A stretch of 64,000 nucleotides of DNA from Gemmatimonadales bacterium. Its GTDB lineage: Bacteria > Gemmatimonadota > Gemmatimonadetes > Gemmatimonadales > GWC2-71-9. The stretch lies in assembly GCA_037189525.1 (NCBI GenBank), contig JBBCJC010000002.1, positions 352,001 to 416,000 of the forward strand. The letters run 5' to 3'. Each line of letters begins with the position of its first letter. The stretch's first letter is position 1. Under the pieces are notes generated by a model, which saw nothing but the letters and a program-made list of their open reading frames with translations, was not told the origin of the DNA and made no database searches. Shown here piece after piece: positions 58,425-64,000 of the stretch. Made by a program: the position numbers and the translations under genes.

Positions 58425-59654
58425 TCAGCGAAGCACGGCGCGGACCGAATCGAGCGCGCCGTCGTTCGGCGCGGGCTGCACGTCGAGGAGGCGGGCCACC
58501 AGCGCATAGACGTGCACGCTTTGGAACGGCGGAACGGTGAGCTCCGATCGAAAGGACGGGCCCGCTCCAATGAAGATCCCCGCCATCGAGGGGAGCAGGT
58601 TGTCATAGCCGTGATTGCCGCGATTGGTCACCGGTCTGGTCTTCCAGCGCTCCCGGGTTCCGATGGTCCAGCCCTCGTCGGCAATGGCAACGAGAGGACT
58701 GATCCGCGGATGGGCCCGAAAGCGAAATCGCTCCGGCACGTCCTCCCGCCGATAGACCTTCAGCTTCGGATGCGCGTTCTGCAGGGCGCGATACACGGTG
58801 TCGCGTCGTGCCGGCACCGGATCGAGGGTCGTGACCGGTTCCAGATCGACGATCTCGGACGGCGCCAATGCCACGTAGTCGTCGAGGTAGATGACGCGAT
58901 CGGGCGCGATCCCCGTCATCCCATGATCCGAGACGATCACCAGATCCGTGTGTTCGGCCAGGCCGCGCGCGGTCAGACCGTCGAGCAGCGTACCGACCGC
59001 CGCGTCGAGCGCGGCAGCCGCGGAATCCACGGCCGGATGGTCGGGGCCATGGCGATGGCCGACCACGTCGACGCCGTTGAGGTACAGGGTGACGAGGTGC
59101 GGGCGCTGGTCGGGTGGGAGATCGAGCCATGCGAGAACCTGAGCCACCCGCTCCTGCTCGGTGACCCGCGGGTTGAAGTCGCGCCAGTATGTGGGACGTT
59201 GCCCGTCGTAGGCAATCTCGGAGCCGACCCAGAACATCGTCGCTGCCCGCCGCCCCTGGCGCTCCGCCGTGATCCAGATCGGCTCCGCCGCGCTCCACCA
59301 TCCCGGTTTTCGGTTGATCGCCGTATCGGTCGCCGTGAAGCGGCCCAACTGCGGATCGATCATGACGCTGCCCACGATGCCGTGGTGCTCGGGATAGAGC
59401 CCGGTCGCAATCGTGAACAGATTGGGGAAGGTCTTGGTGGGAAAGGCCGGAATCAACCGTTCGCTGCGCACTCCGTGCGCAGCAAGGTTGCGGAGACGGA
59501 CCACGCCCGGCCGATCGAGATCGTTGGGATGAAAGCCGTCGAGCGCGATCATCAGGACGAGTCGTTCGCCGGGCTCCGGTGTGACGGAGCGAGCGACGGA
59601 CCGGGTGCACCCCGCTGCCAGCGCGGTCAGGACGAACAGCAGCAATGATCGCAT
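58425..59654 (-). CDS. Ectonucleotide pyrophosphatase/phosphodiesterase family lipoprotein
   Basis: LDGF, FPTKTFPN..IATGLYPEHHGIV, GHRHGP, VSDHGM, GNHGYDN. Confidence 0.92.
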   Translation of the reverse strand: MRSLLLFVLTALAAGCTRSVARSVTPEPGERLVLMIALDGFHPNDLDRPGVVRLRNLAAHGVRSERLIPAFPTKTFPNLFTIATGLYPEHHGIVGSVMIDPQLGRFTATDTAINRKPGWWSAAEPIWITAERQGRRAATMFWVGSEIAYDGQRPTYWRDFNPRVTEQERVAQVLAWLDLPPDQRPHLVTLYLNGVDVVGHRHGPDHPAVDSAAAALDAAVGTLLDGLTARGLAEHTDLVIVSDHGMTGIAPDRVIYLDDYVALAPSEIVDLEPVTTLDPVPARRDTVYRALQNAHPKLKVYRREDVPERFRFRAHPRISPLVAIADEGWTIGTRERWKTRPVTNRGNHGYDNLLPSMAGIFIGAGPSFRSELTVPPFQSVHVYALVARLLDVQPAPNDGALDSVRAVLR

Positions 59655-59781
59655 CGGCAACAAGATGACGTCCATCATCGTGGCGGGCCAGTCCCGGTCG
59701 CATAGCCGTGACGGGCATGTTGCCGTATTGTTCAGGGTCCGCCTCTCATCCAGACTCATCCGTTCTCGAGGATCGAACCCG

Positions 59782-61245
59782 ATGGCTTCACTCGCCACTC
59801 GATTGACGTTGTCTCTCGCTATTGCCGGCTCCCTGGTTGCGGGCTGCGCGCGGGCGCCGCAGTACGATATCGTGCTCAAAGGGGGGCGCGTGCTGGATCC
59901 GGCCTCCGGCCTCGACGCCGTCCGGGACGTCGGCATCTCGGGCGACTCGATCGCCGCGATTTCCGAGAAGCCGCTCCAGGGCACGACGGTGGTCGACGTC
60001 AGCGGCCTGGTGGTGGCCCCCGGATTCATCGACCTCCACGCCCACGGCCAGACGCCGGGCGACATGGCCTTTCAGGCGCAGGATGGCGTGACCACGGCCA
60101 TCGACATGGAGACCGGCGCGTATCCGGTGGCCGGCTGGTACAAGTCGATGGAAGGACGGGCTCGCCTCAACTACGGCGCCACGGTCGGTCATATCCCGGC
60201 GCGTTTCGCGGTGCTCAACGGGATCGAGATCGGTCATTGGCCCACCAATCCCGGGCCGGCAGTCGCACTCGGCCCCAACCCCGCCGGCGCCAACCGCGCG
60301 ACGACGCCCGCCGAGTTGGAGCAGCTGGCCGAGGCGCTGAAGCGTGGCCTCGACGAAGGTGCGTTAGGCATCGGGTTCGGGATCAACTACACCCCGGCCG
60401 CGTCGCGGGCGGAGATCACGCGCTTGTTCCGGGTCGGCGCCGAACGGAAGGCGCCGGTGTTCGTGCATACCCGCGCCTTCGGATTCGGCGCGATTCGTGA
60501 GGCGGTCGAAAGTGCGCGAGAAGCAGGCGCATCGCTTCACATCGTCCATATCGGCAGCAGCGCGTCGACGGAGGTACCGGTTGCGCTGGCACTGATCGAC
60601 TCGGCGAAGGCGGCGGGCCAGGAGGTCACCACCGAGGTCTATCCGTACACGGCGGGCTCGACGCTCATCGAGTCGGCCCTGTTCAATCCCGGCTGGCAGC
60701 GGAATCTGAAAATCGACTACGGCGATCTCGCCTGGGCGGCTACCGGCGAACGCCTCACCAAGGCCAGCTTCGACAAGTACCGGGCCCAGGGCGGCTGGGT
60801 CATTCTCCACATGATGAAAGAAGAGAACATCGAGCAGGCCATCCGGCATCCCGGTGTGATGATCGCGAGCGATGGGGTGCCGTTCATCAATGGAGCAGGC
60901 CATCCGCGCGGCGCCGGGACCTTTGCGCGCGTCCTGGGCCACTACTCGCGCGAACGCCAGGTCCTGCCCCTGATGGAGGCGGTGCGGAAGATGACGCTCC
61001 TGCCTGCGCAGCGGCTCGAGGGGTACGTTCCTGCCATGAAATCGAAGGGACGGATCGCGGTCGGCGCCGATGCCGATATCACCGTCTTCGATGCCGCCAA
61101 GGTGATCGATCGCGCGACCTTCACCGAGCCGACCGTGACCTCGGCCGGGATTCCGTTCGTGCTGGTCAACGGCGCCTTCGTGGTGCGGGACGGGGCGCTG
61201 GTACCCGACGTGACGCCGGGGCGGCCGGTCCTCGCCAAGCCCTGA
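59782..61245 (+). CDS. Amidohydrolase (N-acyl-D-amino-acid deacylase-like) lipoprotein
   Basis: VAPGFIDLHAH, YPYTAGST, ASDG, HPRGAGTFAR, GADADITVFD; LVAGC lipobox. Confidence 0.88.
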   Translation: MASLATRLTLSLAIAGSLVAGCARAPQYDIVLKGGRVLDPASGLDAVRDVGISGDSIAAISEKPLQGTTVVDVSGLVVAPGFIDLHAHGQTPGDMAFQAQDGVTTAIDMETGAYPVAGWYKSMEGRARLNYGATVGHIPARFAVLNGIEIGHWPTNPGPAVALGPNPAGANRATTPAELEQLAEALKRGLDEGALGIGFGINYTPAASRAEITRLFRVGAERKAPVFVHTRAFGFGAIREAVESAREAGASLHIVHIGSSASTEVPVALALIDSAKAAGQEVTTEVYPYTAGSTLIESALFNPGWQRNLKIDYGDLAWAATGERLTKASFDKYRAQGGWVILHMMKEENIEQAIRHPGVMIASDGVPFINGAGHPRGAGTFARVLGHYSRERQVLPLMEAVRKMTLLPAQRLEGYVPAMKSKGRIAVGADADITVFDAAKVIDRATFTEPTVTSAGIPFVLVNGAFVVRDGALVPDVTPGRPVLAKP

Positions 61246-61261
61246 ATTCGTCGCAAGAACG

Positions 61262-61308
61262 ACAACGCCCGCCCGGCGCACCAAGCAGCCGGGCGGGCGT
61301 TGTGTTTT
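61262..61308 (+). terminator. Intrinsic terminator between convergent genes
   Basis: ACAACGCCCGCCCGGC…GCCGGGCGGGCGTTGT followed by GTTTTT. Confidence 0.8.
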
Positions 61309-61324
61309 TGGCGACGGGTCTCGG

Positions 61325-63001
61325 TCAGCGCCGCTCGAATCGGATCCGGAGCATCCGTCCCGCGCTGATATCGAATCCGTCGATGCGTCCGCCGCTGCGG
61401 GTAAAGCGAACCAGGTTGCCCCGCGCCGTGAAGGCATCGGCGAAGGCCGGCCGGAAGGTCAACTGGCCCAGGCCCCGCGGCTTGCTGACCAGAGCGTCAC
61501 CGTCGACCGTCAGGGTCCAGGTCGTGGCAAGTTCCGGACTGTAGTAGGTCCCGGCGTAGGCGGCCAGGCCCGCAGTGCCTGGCGCCGGCGCCGCCGCCGC
61601 CACGCGATCATAAGCGCCGCGGTCGTCCTCGCCGGCCATCAGCCGGAGTTGCGGTGCCGGATTGGCGTCCTCGGGAAAGACCAGGGTCGAATTGCGAACC
61701 GCGAGGCGGCCGGGCCCCGCGGCGCGCGCCGGGGCGCTGAACCCGCCGTTGGTCGACGCGACGAGCGTGTCGTTGCGCAGCGCCAGGGTCAGGACACTCT
61801 CGTGCCGCGGCGAGTAGTAGCTGCCGAGGTAGCGTGCGGCGGCGGTGCCGAGGATCGGGGGCTGGGGTGCGGCCGCGGTATCGGCTTGACGGGGCGCCAG
61901 CGCTTCGTGGAGCACGGCGTCCGTCACGGCCTCTGCCAGCTGGCTGGTATTGGCGCTCCCGACGTTGCAGGTAATTCCGATGCCGGTGTGGTACTCCGGA
62001 AAGCGCGCGTACATGGCGCGGTAGCCGCCCCACGACCCGCCGTGCGACACGCGCTTAAGTCCCCGATAGGTATCGACCGACAGCCCGCGCGCATAGCCGT
62101 GGGCTTTGCCGTCGTTGAGGAGTCCGACCTCCACCATCTGATCCAGAAACGCCGGTCCGCCGACCTTCGGATCGGCAAAATTGCCGTCCCAGCGGGCCAG
62201 CTCCTCGACATTCGACTGGACCTGTCCGTCGCCGGTCTGCTCCCAGTTCGAGACGTCGAGGACGTACTGCGCCGAGTCGACTTCCTCGTAGGCCAGCGCG
62301 CGGCCCGGCACCAGGGCCACGTGGCTGTTACGGAAATGGGTGTGTTGCATACCAAGCGGATTGAAGATCCGCTCCTTGGCAAAGTCCTTGAGGTTCTTTC
62401 CCGAAGCGCGCTCGACGATGATCGACATCAGGAAGTAACCGGAATTGCTGTAGAGCCACTGGCTGCCGGGCGCGAAATTCAGATTCCGCTGGCGGACGAT
62501 CGCGGCCAGCGCGTCGGCGTCGTCGGTCACGTCGTCGGTCCGGAAGCCGCCCAGCGTCATCAGGCCGATGTAGTCGCGGAGGCCGCTGGTGTGGCGGATC
62601 AGATGATCGACGGTGATCGGTCCGCCCGGATACTCCGGCAGTTCCGGGACAAATTTTCGCACGTCGTCGGTCAGGGCGAGTTTGCCGTCCTGGGCCAGGA
62701 GGAGAATGCTCGCCGCGGCAAACTGCTTCGAGGTCGAGCCCAGGTCGAACATCGTCGACGGTCGAATCGGTACGTGGCGTTCCAGGTCGGCCATCCCGTA
62801 GCCCTTGGCAAACCGGATGACGCCATCCTGATATACCGCAACCGCGCACCCCGGCGACGTGGCCCGGTCGAACGGCCGGAAGGCGGCGTCGATGGCTGCT
62901 ACCTGTGCATTGGTGAGGCTGTTGCCGCGATCGGTACATGCGGCAGTACCGAGGAGCGGAAGGACGAGACCGAAGGCGATGACGACCGGACGAGGGAACA
63001 T
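61325..63001 (-). CDS. Serine hydrolase, beta-lactamase/AmpC-like family lipoprotein
   Basis: GSTSKQF (SxxK), HTSGL, YSNSGY, HGGSWGGY. Confidence 0.9.
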   Translation of the reverse strand: MFPRPVVIAFGLVLPLLGTAACTDRGNSLTNAQVAAIDAAFRPFDRATSPGCAVAVYQDGVIRFAKGYGMADLERHVPIRPSTMFDLGSTSKQFAAASILLLAQDGKLALTDDVRKFVPELPEYPGGPITVDHLIRHTSGLRDYIGLMTLGGFRTDDVTDDADALAAIVRQRNLNFAPGSQWLYSNSGYFLMSIIVERASGKNLKDFAKERIFNPLGMQHTHFRNSHVALVPGRALAYEEVDSAQYVLDVSNWEQTGDGQVQSNVEELARWDGNFADPKVGGPAFLDQMVEVGLLNDGKAHGYARGLSVDTYRGLKRVSHGGSWGGYRAMYARFPEYHTGIGITCNVGSANTSQLAEAVTDAVLHEALAPRQADTAAAPQPPILGTAAARYLGSYYSPRHESVLTLALRNDTLVASTNGGFSAPARAAGPGRLAVRNSTLVFPEDANPAPQLRLMAGEDDRGAYDRVAAAAPAPGTAGLAAYAGTYYSPELATTWTLTVDGDALVSKPRGLGQLTFRPAFADAFTARGNLVRFTRSGGRIDGFDISAGRMLRIRFERR

Positions 63002-63097
63002 GGCTCTCCGCCGTAGAGTGAGAAGGTTGAAGGACCCTGGACCGAGCCCGTCAGAAAGAAGCATAACCGAACCACGAAGTCGATGATCCGAAGGGAG

Positions 63098-64000
63098 TCA
63101 TTCGGCGGCCGATCCGCTCGGGCGTTCGCCGATCCGCCGGTCGCTGGTTTCCCGGCGCGCCGTGGTCAGAAAGGTGGTGAACTCGGTACCACCGGTGCCG
63201 AGCGCTCCGGCGACATCTTTGGCCTGCCGGGTAATGTAGCGCGCCGCGATCTCGAGATGACGCTTCCGGAAGAGATCGAGGGCATCGATGCAGCGATCGT
63301 AGCGGGCGGCGAGGGTCGGGACCGTCGCGCGCTTGGCGTCGACGAAGGTCCGAATCGAGGGCCTCGCTTCGAGGCGTTCCAGAAACGCGTGGTGGGGACG
63401 CGGCATGTATTCGCGCATGGCGGCCAGGAACGGTTGGCTGGCCGGATGGGTGTGGACCACATCCAAGCCGGCGTCGAGCGCCTGAATCAGGGTGCTCTGC
63501 GCCGCGCTGCCGCCGGTCAGGACCCGAGGCGGGCCGGTCACGCCGTCGAATGCGACCCCCGGTTCGACCCAGCTCGCCAGGTAGGGACGGACCCGGAGGA
63601 AAAATCCGCGCGGATCGCACCGCTCGTACATCCGTTCGAGGACTTGGGTGATAGCCGCGATGGCCCGGGCCATGGCGTCGAGCGCATCGGCCACCTCGGC
63701 GTCGGCGTTGCGGGCCACCGCGTCCTGTCCCTGCACGATGGCCGTGAGGGCAGGGGCTCCGGTGGCTTCGATGGCAACGGTGACCAGAATGAACCATTGC
63801 TCGTCGAGGCCGCCCAGAAAGGTGCGCTGGCAGGCCAGGTTGCCGAGCGCGACCGGGCCGTCCGGATCGATCCGCCGCCAGTTGGTGAGCACGTAGGACG
63901 GATGCGCGATGATGCTGGGCCTGCCCAGCCGGCGCGCGACGGCATTCCATGGTTCGGCGAGCGCCCGCGGTAGCCGCGTAGCAGGAGCCTGGTCCTCGGC
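63098..64000 (-). CDS. Indoleamine 2,3-dioxygenase/PrnB family heme protein, 5'-partial
   Basis: DEQWFILV, FFLRVRPYL, GGSAAQS, MREYMP..H..FL, FRKRHLEIAARYI, GTGGT. Confidence 0.85.
   Translation of the reverse strand, partial: AEDQAPATRLPRALAEPWNAVARRLGRPSIIAHPSYVLTNWRRIDPDGPVALGNLACQRTFLGGLDEQWFILVTVAIEATGAPALTAIVQGQDAVARNADAEVADALDAMARAIAAITQVLERMYERCDPRGFFLRVRPYLASWVEPGVAFDGVTGPPRVLTGGSAAQSTLIQALDAGLDVVHTHPASQPFLAAMREYMPRPHHAFLERLEARPSIRTFVDAKRATVPTLAARYDRCIDALDLFRKRHLEIAARYITRQAKDVAGALGTGGTEFTTFLTTARRETSDRRIGERPSGSAAE

Overview
GC-rich bacterial chromosomal window around the replication origin. Gene content and style suggest Gemmatimonadota (inference, not a database result). It is mostly housekeeping. 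From left to right: partial M23-type gene, parB-parA, a 1.4-kb non-coding stretch with three parS sites (rsmG is absent), mnmG, an XRE-regulated ABC exporter operon, sufBCDSU extended by a bacilliredoxin and a small His-rich protein, def, a 7Fe ferredoxin, rnd, sufT, MMPL, polA, a GWxTD lipoprotein with a divergent Ser/Thr kinase, pyrE, an AraC regulator with a divergent kinase-TPR protein, rnpB, mtgA, dnaN-oriC-dnaA, rpmH-rnpA-yidD-yidC-mnmE, a holA-SPOR-mutS-tonB-cbs-ddl-rhomboid run, upp, several secreted hydrolases and a partial IDO-like gene. No CRISPR array, IS, prophage, tRNA or rRNA was seen. The best leads are: (1) an apparently ECF-sigma-driven ~95-nt sRNA with an exposed anti-Shine-Dalgarno sequence; (2) the suf operon extension (Brx plus an Sm-fold-like protein) under IscR-like and Fur-like operators; (3) a catalytically dead rhomboid with an iRhom-like GPAG motif; (4) a pseudo-receiver AraC regulator (Asp to Ser) facing a membrane Ser/Thr kinase, beside a 6S-like RNA; (5) a probable CTG start for rnpA, an uncalled 56-aa ORF coupled to rnd, and several leaderless genes. 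All calls were made by eye; no searches were run.
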